From an uncultured virus (IMG/VR IMGVR_UViG_3300028196_000002) (taxonomy: Duplodnaviria > Heunggongvirae > Uroviricota > Caudoviricetes): a DNA stretch of 64,000 nucleotides. The position numbers and the translations under genes are program-made. The stretch is taken from the IMG/VR virus record IMGVR_UViG_3300028196_000002. One strand, written 5' to 3'. Each line of letters opens with the position of its first letter. Position 1 is the stretch's first letter. Below the pieces are notes generated by a model. That model saw only the letters and a list, made by a program, of their open reading frames with translations, did not search any database and had not been told where the DNA came from. Shown here in pieces: positions 49,625-60,070 of this stretch.

Positions 49625-50391
49625 TGAAGAACAATCAAATTGTTGATGAGTTAATTGAGGAAATAGGTAACAATCAGGAGATAGTAAAATCTTTTGAAGT
49701 GAGGGATTCATTATCCACCGACATTTTTGAAGGTAAGGATGGTGAATTTTTTATGCATAAGGAAATAAGAGAAAAACTTATGGATGTTACAGAGAAATTC
49801 ATGGACTATTTGGACATTGAATTTTTTATACATGATGTGATTTTAACAGGGTCACTCGCAAATTATAATTGGTCAAAGTATTCGGATGTAGACTTACATA
49901 TATTGGTGGATTACAATGAAACAGATTATAATTTAGAATTACTAAAAGGGTTTTTTAATAGTAAGAGAAGTCTTTGGAATAAACAACACGAAATTTTAGT
50001 TAAAGGTTTTGATTGTGAAATTTACGTTCAAGACGTAAATGAACCTCATCATGCTTCAGGTATTTATTCCGTATTAAATAATGAGTGGTTAGTAACTCCT
50101 GTTAAAACAATAGAGTCCATTGATAAAAGTATGATCTTAAAAAAATCAGAAGATTTTGAAGATAAGATTGATGAAATATCAGAAAGATTCGATAAAGGAG
50201 AGGATGTATTAGAAGATATAAAACTCCTAAAAGTTAAACTGAAAAAGTTTAGACAAAGTGGTTTAGATGATGGTGGGGAGTTCTCTTATGAGAATTTGGC
50301 ATTCAAATTATTACGAAGAAATGGGTATATAGGTAAGTTGTTAGATATCCAAACTAAAACCACAGATAAGAAATTATCTATAGAACAATAG
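49624..50391 (+). CDS. Pol-beta-family nucleotidyltransferase-like protein
   Basis: GSLANYNWSKYSDVDLH. Confidence 0.75.
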   Translation: MKNNQIVDELIEEIGNNQEIVKSFEVRDSLSTDIFEGKDGEFFMHKEIREKLMDVTEKFMDYLDIEFFIHDVILTGSLANYNWSKYSDVDLHILVDYNETDYNLELLKGFFNSKRSLWNKQHEILVKGFDCEIYVQDVNEPHHASGIYSVLNNEWLVTPVKTIESIDKSMILKKSEDFEDKIDEISERFDKGEDVLEDIKLLKVKLKKFRQSGLDDGGEFSYENLAFKLLRRNGYIGKLLDIQTKTTDKKLSIEQ

Positions 50392-50461
50392 AGATCAATA
50401 TATTTTTCTCGATATTGTTGTATTTATAGTATAAGAATAAGTTATAAATAATTATTTAAAT

Positions 50462-51520
50462 ATGTCAGATCTTAGACCATTGGGTAGTGAAAAATTACCT
50501 GTAGACGAAAAATTAAAAAGGATTATGGAGATTGCCAATTATGGTATGAACACAAAATCCACTATCAATGAAGGGCAATCAACCAAATCTGTTGAGTTCA
50601 TTAAGGAATCATCTAACGGTGTTTACGGTATCGTAAAAGAGAAAGAAGGTTATTTCGTAAAGAAAGGACTTACAGAAGGTTCATTAGATTACATTGGTGG
50701 GATATTCATGAAGAATAAAAATAAATTCAGATCATATTCTGAAGCACTTAGAAGGTTAGAATTGATCAGTGGGCAAGAATCACTTAACGAGGCTAAGAAG
50801 TACGTATTAAAAACTAAAGACTCGGCACCTGTGGCTGATGCACCCGTAGAGGATGTACCCGCAGAACCTGTGGCTGATGCACCTGTAGATGATGCACCAA
50901 TAGATGACTTACCACCAGTAGATTCAGGTATGGAAGATGAAATACCATCTGACGAACCTGCAATAGAACCTGAAGGTGAGGAAGAAGGTAAAAGATCGGA
51001 TTACATGGCGGAGATTCAAAAATTTTCAGGTAAATTAGGTCAATCTCTAAGAGACGTTAAAGAAAAAATGGAGAGCGATGATATCAAGTATGTTATCAAC
51101 ATGGTTCTTTCCGCAGTTAATCTCGACGCATTAGATGAAGAAGACAAAGAAGAGATAGCTGAGAGGTTTGAAGATAAAGACGATTTTTCTGATGAGGAAG
51201 GAATGGATAACATTCCATCTGAAGATTCAATGGATGATGAAGTTACTGACGAACCATCTGATGAAGAGTTAGACGAAATAATGGACAAATTAGAAAGTTT
51301 TATTGATACCGACGCTATTGTTGATGAAGATGAAATACCTGAAGGTGATTTACCTGAATCAGAGAAAGTAGAAGAAAAAAGAATAGAAGACATTGCAGAT
51401 TTAAGTGTAAGACACGAAGAGGTATCTGAAATGGAAGAAGACGTAGAACTTGACTTAGATGAACTCAAAAAGGAAATCAACAAAAACGTTGACGATACTT
51501 TGAGTAAATATTTCAAGTAA
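50462..51520 (+). CDS. Acidic late protein (head-associated candidate)
   Basis: Late box; D/E/P-rich; next to head module. Confidence 0.7.
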   Translation: MSDLRPLGSEKLPVDEKLKRIMEIANYGMNTKSTINEGQSTKSVEFIKESSNGVYGIVKEKEGYFVKKGLTEGSLDYIGGIFMKNKNKFRSYSEALRRLELISGQESLNEAKKYVLKTKDSAPVADAPVEDVPAEPVADAPVDDAPIDDLPPVDSGMEDEIPSDEPAIEPEGEEEGKRSDYMAEIQKFSGKLGQSLRDVKEKMESDDIKYVINMVLSAVNLDALDEEDKEEIAERFEDKDDFSDEEGMDNIPSEDSMDDEVTDEPSDEELDEIMDKLESFIDTDAIVDEDEIPEGDLPESEKVEEKRIEDIADLSVRHEEVSEMEEDVELDLDELKKEINKNVDDTLSKYFK

Positions 51521-51521
51521 T

Positions 51522-51926
51522 ATGAGACTTATCTATATCAATGAAATAGGTTCTGACTATAAAGGTCAGAAACAATACGAATTTATTTTTAGTGACCAAC
51601 TTGAATTTGATATAGAGGAGTGGTACCATATACCTGCATCTACGAGTATAGAACCATTATCCCCACATTTAGAATATATTAGTTTAGTTGGTGTACTTAA
51701 GAATAGTGACATTGATTTAGAACTAATACAAAAATCTGATTACTTTGGTGTAATTGATGCCGTTGACGGTGTTGTTTCATTAGGGTGGGAAAAATTCGAT
51801 TATGAGAGTGAGTTCGAAAGACTTACATTTTCATTTGGTGATAAAATGGATAAGGTTAATAAAAAAATAGAATCAAGAGGTTTCACTCTAATAAAAGAAG
51901 AATTAAATTATAATACGGGAATATGA
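51522..51926 (+). CDS. Hypothetical protein
   Basis: 134 aa operon member. Confidence 0.7.
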   Translation: MRLIYINEIGSDYKGQKQYEFIFSDQLEFDIEEWYHIPASTSIEPLSPHLEYISLVGVLKNSDIDLELIQKSDYFGVIDAVDGVVSLGWEKFDYESEFERLTFSFGDKMDKVNKKIESRGFTLIKEELNYNTGI

Positions 51927-52705
51927 AAAGAATCGTTATAGTAACAAAACTTTTAAATGAGGGGTTCACCGAGAAGTTCCTTTCTAAACTAACAGATAAA
52001 CAAATAACTGAATTATCAAGTCGGGTATTGTCTGAGGAAACCTTAAACATACCTAAAGACGATCAACAAGGTGTGGAAGACGCAAAAAGAAAAGGTGAAA
52101 AATTTGTCACCTATGAAGAAGATAATGGAGAATCTACATCACTTAATTTAGAAATGTTGGTTAAGAAAATTGCATTATCTAGTAAATATGACGATATTGT
52201 TGATGAAATGACACCCGAAGATTATAGTGATGAGTTTGAATTTGGGGATAATTTCATAACTAATTTATTGGATGACTATGTTGACCACGAACAGTATGAT
52301 GATTTATATGATCTTTTTAAATATGAATATGGTGATATCATATTAAGTATGTACGGTAGTGATGAGAAACAAGATATCGAAGAATGGGTAGAAGGTGTGG
52401 TTAAAGAGAACTACCATACGGAGGTTACCACTAAAAAAGAAATCTACGAAATGATCGGGGCACTTTCAGACTCACCTGACGCATTAGTCTCGGCTCAAAA
52501 TTATTTTAGTGTGGACGAACAGTCACCTGAACCATCTAAACCAGATACTGATGCTCCCGTAAGAGAAAAACCAAGTACAAGACCAGGTAAACCAAAAAGA
52601 GAAAATCCTTTTGAACCAAAACATAAACCAAAACCTAAGGCTAAGTTACCAAAACAACTAAGTTTTGATTCTATTGGTCTTGATTTAAAAATGGCAGCAG
52701 AATGA
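51923..52705 (+). CDS. Hypothetical protein, P/K-rich C-terminus
   Basis: 260 aa operon member. Confidence 0.7.
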   Translation: MKRIVIVTKLLNEGFTEKFLSKLTDKQITELSSRVLSEETLNIPKDDQQGVEDAKRKGEKFVTYEEDNGESTSLNLEMLVKKIALSSKYDDIVDEMTPEDYSDEFEFGDNFITNLLDDYVDHEQYDDLYDLFKYEYGDIILSMYGSDEKQDIEEWVEGVVKENYHTEVTTKKEIYEMIGALSDSPDALVSAQNYFSVDEQSPEPSKPDTDAPVREKPSTRPGKPKRENPFEPKHKPKPKAKLPKQLSFDSIGLDLKMAAE

Positions 52706-54018
52706 TTAGTAAAAAAGAATTATTAGAAACTATAAAAGGTTTAAAAGAAATGCCGGTAGACTACGGAGATAACCCTGAAAGAATGACACCTGACGTGGAA
52801 GATAAATTAGCGTCAAGAGAAACACCTTATAAAGATAATCCTTCGTTTCCTGAAGAATCACCAGAAGGTGTTGCATCTAACTTTGAAGAACTATTAGCAT
52901 CCAAGAGATTTAAGGATGTTGTCGCAAAAGTAAAAAGATATACAGGTGAAGAAGGTAATATAACGGATCAGAATGTACTATCTCAATTAATGAGTACTAT
53001 GCAACGAACCTTGATGAGTGTTTTACGATTTGAACAAGACAATAAAGAATATTTAGAGAACTTAGCGGTAGAACTTGTTAAGAAAGAAATGTCACTACCT
53101 GAAGACACACTACAATTCGATGCGAAATTAGTTGGTATAGGTGGTATAGATTCAGAAGGTTTTTCTAAGGAATCGGAAGATCCAAGTGAAGAAGAAGTAG
53201 AACAACAATTTGGTGTAAACCCTGAAGAGGCTGAAGATGGTTTAGAAGACTTTATGGACGCAATGGAGAAATTTGATCAAGAAACTGCGAAAAGAAGATT
53301 TATAAATGCACTAATCCAAGGAGCATCCAAGAAAGGTCACTATATGTTTGAATTGGTTGCTGACGAATTAACTCAAAGAGACCCAAACATCGTAAACCAA
53401 TATGGTGTTTTAATGTCGGTCAACGATTTACTTTATTGGGTACTACCTGATGAAATGATGGAAATGGGTATGGGTGATGGACAACAAGCCGGAAAAGAAG
53501 AGATAGATACAGAAACAGATCCTCCTACAATTATCGCAAGAGCGGTATTTTTCCCTGCATTGATTCACGAAGTAATAAAAGGGGTGATGGAAATTATGGG
53601 TACACAAGGTTTACCTGACGATCCAAGATCTGCAGAGATGGTGATGAATAAAACTGACACTTTACCTTCAGAAATTTGGGATTTAAGATTAGGACCAATT
53701 ATTTGGGAGAAATTTAGATCTTCATATCCTGATAGGTTAAATCAAGAAGATATGACACACATCCAAAATTATCTTTTCTCAAGATTTTCTCAATTAGATG
53801 CTGAAGAATTTTTCAGAGTTGCTAAAGAGATAATGAGAGGTTCGGCGATGGGTAAAAGTATTTTAGGTAACATGGTAGATCAGATTATTCAAGATTTACA
53901 AAATGAAGATTACGAAGAGGACCAATATAATAGAGAAAAAGATGATGACGATGACGGTGGTCTCGGAGGATTCTTAGGGTCATTAGGGATTACATTTTCT
54001 CCTGAAGACGACAATTAA
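52702..54018 (+). CDS. Hypothetical protein upstream of terminase
   Basis: 438 aa; contains LIHEVIKG; terminator follows. Confidence 0.75.
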   Translation: MISKKELLETIKGLKEMPVDYGDNPERMTPDVEDKLASRETPYKDNPSFPEESPEGVASNFEELLASKRFKDVVAKVKRYTGEEGNITDQNVLSQLMSTMQRTLMSVLRFEQDNKEYLENLAVELVKKEMSLPEDTLQFDAKLVGIGGIDSEGFSKESEDPSEEEVEQQFGVNPEEAEDGLEDFMDAMEKFDQETAKRRFINALIQGASKKGHYMFELVADELTQRDPNIVNQYGVLMSVNDLLYWVLPDEMMEMGMGDGQQAGKEEIDTETDPPTIIARAVFFPALIHEVIKGVMEIMGTQGLPDDPRSAEMVMNKTDTLPSEIWDLRLGPIIWEKFRSSYPDRLNQEDMTHIQNYLFSRFSQLDAEEFFRVAKEIMRGSAMGKSILGNMVDQIIQDLQNEDYEEDQYNREKDDDDDGGLGGFLGSLGITFSPEDDN

Positions 54019-54074
54019 ATAACACAGATTATAAGAAAGTGGTCAATAGACCACTTTTTTTGTATTTATAGGAT

Positions 54075-55850
54075 ATGGATAAACATAAACTCATACAGTT
54101 AAAAGAATATGCGAAGATCATGAAAGATACTCCGTATGCCCTTAAAACTTATTTAACTACGTACGACAACACAAAAAAGAAATACGTACCATTGGAGTTA
54201 TTCCCTGACCAAATTGAACTAATAAACGACTACGACAATTATAATGAAAATATAACTCGTAAGTATAGACAGGCAGGTGTATCCACAGTAACTGCCGCTT
54301 GGTTATCTAAAAGGATTCAAATGTCAAAACCAGATGAACCTGAGAGAATTCTAATTATTGCCAACAAAAGAGATACTGCAATCGAAATGGCGAACAAGGT
54401 TAGAGGTTTCTTAGATCAGTGGCCAGAGTGGATTAATGTTGGTTTTTCGTCAGACAAGAATTCAGAAAGTAGATATAGAATGAATAATGGGTGTGAGGTT
54501 AAGGCGGTTGCAACTTCTGCCGATGCACTACGTGGTTACACACCAACAGTACTAGTTTTTGATGAGGCAGCATATATTGAGGCGGGAGAAGATTTTTGGG
54601 CGGCGTGTATGGCATCCTTATCCACGGGTGGTAAGGTAATTCTTATCTCTACACCTAACGGACATGACCCAATTTATTATGGAGTATATGATCAGGCGTT
54701 AAGAGGTATGAATGACTTTAAAATAACCGATTTAAGGTGGTTTAAAGATCCGAGATATGCAGGTGATTTAAAATGGATTAAAGTGGATGATATTATTCAT
54801 TATATGTTAAATAGAGAACAATATAATGATGATGAGATAATTTTAGAACAGGGTTGGGAAGGATATGAAGAATTACTCGAACAAGGATACAAACCGTACT
54901 CTCATTGGTTTGAGAATATGGCAAAAAAATTCAAGTATGACAAAAGAAAAATCGCACAAGAATTGGAGTGCGACTTCCTCGGTTCTGGTGATGGTGTTAT
55001 CCCAAGTACAATACAAGACAGAATAAGAAAGACCATGATAAAAGACCCCATGGAAAAATACATGCAGGGTACCTTTTGGTTATGGAAAGAACCTGTTGAG
55101 GGTCATAGATATATAATGGGTGTCGACGTATCTCGAGGAGATAGTGCCGATTCATCATCTATATGTGTTATTGACTTTGATGAAAACGAACAAGTTGCAG
55201 AATACGTTGGTATGATACCACCCGATGATTTAGCATCCATTGTCTATAAATGGGGTACATTATATAAGGCGTTCGTAGCAACGGATATTACGGGAGGTAT
55301 GGGTATTGCAACATCTCGTAAACTACAAGAAATGGATTATAAGGACCAATATATTGATGGGGTTAATTCTAATAATATTTGGCAATACAACAAAAAGGCA
55401 CAAGAAAAGATACCGGGTATAAACTTTAATAATAAACGAACACAGATCGTTGCAACCTTTGAGGAGAAACTTAGACATGGATTTATGGTTAGATCCTCAA
55501 GACTGTTAAATGAATTAAATACGTTTGTTTATATTAATGGTAGACCTAACCATATGAAAGGGTCTCATGATGATGCAATTATGGCAATGGCAATTGCTAT
55601 GTACGTGGGTGACATATGTTTTACACAATTAAAAAGAAGTGATAGCGCTAATAAGGCGATGTTAGATTCTTGGTTATTAACAGAGAGGACATACGAAACT
55701 AAAAAATCATTTTATTCTCACGGTACTGCATTTGATGCGGTGGGTGGGATGACCACAGATGGACAACCTTATAACCCATCTAACCAAAATGTTAGTAAAG
55801 ATCAGTACATGGAACATAGTTGGTTATTTAGTAAAAGAGGGTATAGATAA
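54075..55850 (+). CDS. terL: Terminase large subunit (T4 gp17-like)
   Basis: RQAGVST, VFDEAA, ISTPNG, QELEC, GVDVSRG, HDDAIMA. Confidence 0.93.
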   Translation: MDKHKLIQLKEYAKIMKDTPYALKTYLTTYDNTKKKYVPLELFPDQIELINDYDNYNENITRKYRQAGVSTVTAAWLSKRIQMSKPDEPERILIIANKRDTAIEMANKVRGFLDQWPEWINVGFSSDKNSESRYRMNNGCEVKAVATSADALRGYTPTVLVFDEAAYIEAGEDFWAACMASLSTGGKVILISTPNGHDPIYYGVYDQALRGMNDFKITDLRWFKDPRYAGDLKWIKVDDIIHYMLNREQYNDDEIILEQGWEGYEELLEQGYKPYSHWFENMAKKFKYDKRKIAQELECDFLGSGDGVIPSTIQDRIRKTMIKDPMEKYMQGTFWLWKEPVEGHRYIMGVDVSRGDSADSSSICVIDFDENEQVAEYVGMIPPDDLASIVYKWGTLYKAFVATDITGGMGIATSRKLQEMDYKDQYIDGVNSNNIWQYNKKAQEKIPGINFNNKRTQIVATFEEKLRHGFMVRSSRLLNELNTFVYINGRPNHMKGSHDDAIMAMAIAMYVGDICFTQLKRSDSANKAMLDSWLLTERTYETKKSFYSHGTAFDAVGGMTTDGQPYNPSNQNVSKDQYMEHSWLFSKRGYR

Positions 55851-55910
55851 TTAAACAGGTTTATAAAGTGAAAAAAAATACGTATATTATAAAGACTAAT
55901 ATTTATTAAT

Positions 55911-57731
55911 ATGGCAAAACAAAATATGACGGTGTATCAAAGGTTAACAAAGGTTTTCGGTTTTACGGCTGACCAACCTTCTACACCACCACAATACAAG
56001 TTTGATAGGGATACTCTGTTAAAAACAGATAGTAAGGAAGATTATGAAAAATCACTTCTTCAACAACAACAATCTCAATATATTGCGGATAAGTGGTCTA
56101 AATTAGATCAATCGTTATATAATCAATCAGTTTACTATGAACCTAACAGATTGGCGGCATATTACGATTATGAATCTATGGAATTTACCCCTGAGATATC
56201 CGCAGCATTGGATATATATTCAGAAGAATCAACGACACTTTCTGAAAAGGGAGACATACTCACAATTTATTCAGAATCAAAAAGAGTTAAAAACATACTT
56301 ACAGATCTTTTTGAGAACATCTTAGATGTGAACACTAACTTACAAATGTGGTGTAGAGGATTAGGTAAGTACGGAGATAACTTCGTTTATTTAAAAATAG
56401 ATCCTGAAAGAGGGGTTGTAGGTTGTCAACAATTACCTAACATTGAAATCGAGAGACACGAAGGTGCGGCATCCAACGTTCATAAGGCGGAACCGTCATC
56501 AAACGTCACAATGCCAAGTAGAGAATTAAGATTTGCGTGGAAGAACAAAGACATGGAATTCCAAGCATGGGAGGTTGCTCATTTTAGATTACTAGGTGAT
56601 GATAGAAAACTACCTTACGGTACGTCCATGTTAGATAAAGTAAGACGTATATGGAAACAATTATTACTTGCGGAAGATGCAATGTTAATTTATAGAACAT
56701 CAAGGGCACCTGAAAGAAGAGTATTTAAAGTCTTTGTTGGTAATATGGATGATAAAGATATTGAGGCGTATGTACAACGTGTGGCGAACAAATTTAAACG
56801 AGATCAAGTAGTAGATCCTCAGAATGGTCAGGTTGATATGAGATACAATCAAATGGCTGTGGATCAAGATTACTTTATTCCTGTTAGAGATCCGGGTCAA
56901 ACATCTCCTATTGAAACATTACCAGGAGCACAAAACTTAGGTGAGATTGCAGACATTGAATACATTCAAAAGAAGATGTTGGCGGCACTTAGAATACCTA
57001 AGGCGTTTTTAGGTTTTGAGGAAATCGTTGGTGATGGTAAGACTTTAGCGTTAATGGATATTCGTTTTGCAAGAACGATTAATAGAATACAAAAATCATT
57101 AATACAAGAATTAAATAAAATTGCGTTAGTTCACTTATACTTGTTAGGTTTAGAGGACGAGTTAGATAATTTTACATTGTCTTTAACTAATCCTTCGGCA
57201 CAATCTGATTTATTAAAGGTAGAACAGTGGAAAGAAAAGATAACATTATATAAAGACGCAACATCAGATCAATCTCAAATTGGTATACAACCTGTTTCAC
57301 ACACATGGGCTAAGAAAAATATCTTAGGTATGAGTGATAACGACGTAGTATTAGATTTACAACAACAAAGACTTGAACGTGCACTTGGTGGTGAGTTAGG
57401 TGCCACACCTAATATTATTAAGAGAACAGGTGTGTTTGATGAAGTAGATAAGAAGTACGGGATACCTGAAGAGGAAAGACAGTCTATGGACGCCAGTGCA
57501 CCCGCTGGTGGAGACGATATGGGCGACATGGGAGGATCACCACCTCCACCCGCAGGAGACATGGGTAGCGATGAACCTTTAAGTGAAGGAATTAAAAAAT
57601 CAAAGAAATCTAAAATATTAAGTATGTTAGGTGACGAATCACAAGATTTTGACGATCTTTTTGATGTTAATAAGGCACAACAGAATATTTATGAAGTAGA
57701 GAATAAACTCAAAGACATATTAAAAGAATAA
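55911..57731 (+). CDS. Portal protein (T4 gp20-like)
   Basis: EDAMLIYRTSRAPERRVF, DYFIP, IETLPGAQNL, ALRIPK. Confidence 0.95.
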   Translation: MAKQNMTVYQRLTKVFGFTADQPSTPPQYKFDRDTLLKTDSKEDYEKSLLQQQQSQYIADKWSKLDQSLYNQSVYYEPNRLAAYYDYESMEFTPEISAALDIYSEESTTLSEKGDILTIYSESKRVKNILTDLFENILDVNTNLQMWCRGLGKYGDNFVYLKIDPERGVVGCQQLPNIEIERHEGAASNVHKAEPSSNVTMPSRELRFAWKNKDMEFQAWEVAHFRLLGDDRKLPYGTSMLDKVRRIWKQLLLAEDAMLIYRTSRAPERRVFKVFVGNMDDKDIEAYVQRVANKFKRDQVVDPQNGQVDMRYNQMAVDQDYFIPVRDPGQTSPIETLPGAQNLGEIADIEYIQKKMLAALRIPKAFLGFEEIVGDGKTLALMDIRFARTINRIQKSLIQELNKIALVHLYLLGLEDELDNFTLSLTNPSAQSDLLKVEQWKEKITLYKDATSDQSQIGIQPVSHTWAKKNILGMSDNDVVLDLQQQRLERALGGELGATPNIIKRTGVFDEVDKKYGIPEEERQSMDASAPAGGDDMGDMGGSPPPPAGDMGSDEPLSEGIKKSKKSKILSMLGDESQDFDDLFDVNKAQQNIYEVENKLKDILKE

Positions 57732-57733
57732 TT

Positions 57734-58468
57734 ATGGCAACATTCGGGAACATTAAAAATAAGATTTTAGTTAAACTAACTGAATCATATGGTAAAAAGG
57801 ATTTTAAAAATAACCTTAATACGTATTTTAAACCTATAACTAAAAATGATACACTCAAGGAGATGTATTCATTATATGAAGAATTGGAGGGTAAAACTTT
57901 TGAAGATAAGGAGACTGCAACATTATATGTAGAAGAACTATCAAGAATATTAAAAGAAAAAAGTTCTAACATACAAACCGATTTAAATAAATTAAGTGAA
58001 GACTTATCTAATGTTGAATCTACAAGTAACGAATTATATGAAAGTATTGATTCTTTATCCACTCCCGATAATTTAAGTAATATATCTGATAAGGTTATTG
58101 CTAAAAAATATTTAGTTGAACATTTGACAAAAAATAAAACTAATGAATTACTTACTGTAGATCAAGGTGTAAATGAATCATTATTAAATTCAGTCTTAGT
58201 AAATAACTTTAATGCTAGTTTTGATAAGACGTTGAATGAAGAAGATAAAAGTAGATTAAAAAACATATTATCCCTTAACCAAGAAGATTTAGAAAGTAAG
58301 TTTACTGAATTGACTGAAAGTATCAACGAAAAGTTAGGTTCAATAGTAGAATCAGACGAAGAGTTTAAATCTAAGTCTATTGAGGTTAAGACTGAGATTA
58401 ATGAAATGAATCAAAGTAAGTATAACTTATACAGATTAGAAGAGTTATTAAGTAACTTGTCAGAATAA
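57734..58468 (+). CDS. Hypothetical helical protein in head module
   Basis: 244 aa between portal and protease. Confidence 0.75.
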   Translation: MATFGNIKNKILVKLTESYGKKDFKNNLNTYFKPITKNDTLKEMYSLYEELEGKTFEDKETATLYVEELSRILKEKSSNIQTDLNKLSEDLSNVESTSNELYESIDSLSTPDNLSNISDKVIAKKYLVEHLTKNKTNELLTVDQGVNESLLNSVLVNNFNASFDKTLNEEDKSRLKNILSLNQEDLESKFTELTESINEKLGSIVESDEEFKSKSIEVKTEINEMNQSKYNLYRLEELLSNLSE

Positions 58469-58542
58469 TATTCCTTTACGGCAGCTACCTTAGAGGTGTA
58501 AATCCCTGTTTTTGATACATCAAAGTCTCAAATGGGGATTTT

Positions 58543-58734
58543 TTATTGCTCGTTTTCGTCGTTCAGTTTCTGTATATACACCGCCTTTTGTTTTTGTAGT
58601 CTTTTTTTGACGGATGGTTTAGTGAATTGTTTATTCTCTCTGAGTTTATTGATTTGTTTTACGTTTCTTACTTTTCTACGCAATTTCTTTATCGCTTTCT
58701 CAATACCACCTTTGTCTACTTTTATTATTAGCAT
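58543..58734 (-). CDS. rpsU: Ribosomal protein bS21
   Basis: MLIIKV...IEKAIKKLRRK...FTKPSVKKR; own late box at 58752-58759. Confidence 0.9.
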   Translation of the reverse strand: MLIIKVDKGGIEKAIKKLRRKVRNVKQINKLRENKQFTKPSVKKRLQKQKAVYIQKLNDENEQ

Positions 58735-58838
58735 ATATAATTTTGTATATTAATAAATATACTAGAAAAATTTGTTTTTCCAAAGAAAATTACTTATATT
58801 TTATTAAACACCATTAAAAGATTATAATAATGAATTAA

Positions 58839-59264
58839 ATGAAACTAGGACGTTACATCCCATTAGGGGATCACAAAAACGTTAAGATTGGATATGGGAC
58901 GATAAACCATAAAAACTTAAAGACGATTTACCTCTCTTTAAACTCTTGGTTAGAACCAAATGAGATATGTGAGGATTACGATGCAATACTACGGTCATCG
59001 AAAAATAAAATAAAAAGATTATTTCACAATTTAGGTCACGGACTTTTTAGAGAAGAATCTATCGTTGATTTGGATGTGAGAACTAAAGGTATAAAAAAAG
59101 AAAAGAGATCTTTTATGAATTTAGAAGTTACTCTTTATACGTTAAAACAAGTAAACGTCAAGGATAAAGACTTGAAAACAGACATGTATGGTCTACTATG
59201 TGAAATCATAGATACTTGTTTAGATAACGAATTATTATACAATTTCCACAAAAAGAAAAAATAA
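58839..59264 (+). CDS. Hypothetical protein
   Basis: 141 aa. Confidence 0.7.
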   Translation: MKLGRYIPLGDHKNVKIGYGTINHKNLKTIYLSLNSWLEPNEICEDYDAILRSSKNKIKRLFHNLGHGLFREESIVDLDVRTKGIKKEKRSFMNLEVTLYTLKQVNVKDKDLKTDMYGLLCEIIDTCLDNELLYNFHKKKK

Positions 59265-59305
59265 GTCCGTTTTCCATGTATTTATAGTAATAAAACTACA
59301 GATAC

Positions 59306-59989
59306 ATGAAAGTATTAGGACCAAAAGAAACAGGTAAAGGAATATTAATAGAATATGACGCGGGATTTATTTCTCCCAAAGAGAATAAAAGTGTTATATC
59401 GGAAATGAAGGGAATTGATTTCTCTGAAGATATTATCCTTTACGCTGTTCTACAGAAATATGATACCCCGAATAAGAACGGGAGAATCTATCCAGAGAGA
59501 TTACTCAAGAGAGAGATGGAAAAGTATCAAGAGATAATTGATAAGGGTTCAGCATTAAATGAACTAAACCATCCATCATCTTCACTCATAGATTTAGATA
59601 GAGTTTCACATACGATCACCGAGACTTGGTGGGACGGTAAAATTCTTATGGGAAAAATTAAATTACTTCTTTCACCTGGTTGGAAAAAATCAGGTATTGT
59701 AAGTACCAAAGGTGACCAAGCAGCAATGTTATTAATGAACGGTGTTACCTTAGGTATATCATCAAGAGGGGTAGGATCACTTAAATCAGTTAAAGGACAG
59801 AATATAGTACAGGAAGACTTTGAATTGGTTTGTTTTGATTTAGTATCATCCCCATCAACACCTGGTGCATATGTATTCCAAGATCCAGGAGATAGAGAAA
59901 AATACGAAGAATCGATTGAGGAACAACCTATCGTAGATGAGAGAATGAGTAAACTTATGGGTAATCTCAATAGTTTCTTGTCTAAATAA
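59306..59989 (+). CDS. Prohead protease (T4 gp21-like)
   Basis: NKNGRIYP, ELNHP, GISSRGVGS, DLVSSPS. Confidence 0.93.
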   Translation: MKVLGPKETGKGILIEYDAGFISPKENKSVISEMKGIDFSEDIILYAVLQKYDTPNKNGRIYPERLLKREMEKYQEIIDKGSALNELNHPSSSLIDLDRVSHTITETWWDGKILMGKIKLLLSPGWKKSGIVSTKGDQAAMLLMNGVTLGISSRGVGSLKSVKGQNIVQEDFELVCFDLVSSPSTPGAYVFQDPGDREKYEESIEEQPIVDERMSKLMGNLNSFLSK

Positions 59990-60070
59990 TAAACTTTTCT
60001 TTGATTACTATATCATAAAAGTAATTTTTTCTTAATTAACAAGTATTTATTATTAAACTATATAAAACAA

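Noticed and set aside
49624..50391. CCA-adding enzyme serving the CCA-less tRNAs and tmRNA
   Set aside because: Only the generic GS...DxD motif is visible; class-specific CCA motifs not recognised, and the host enzyme would suffice
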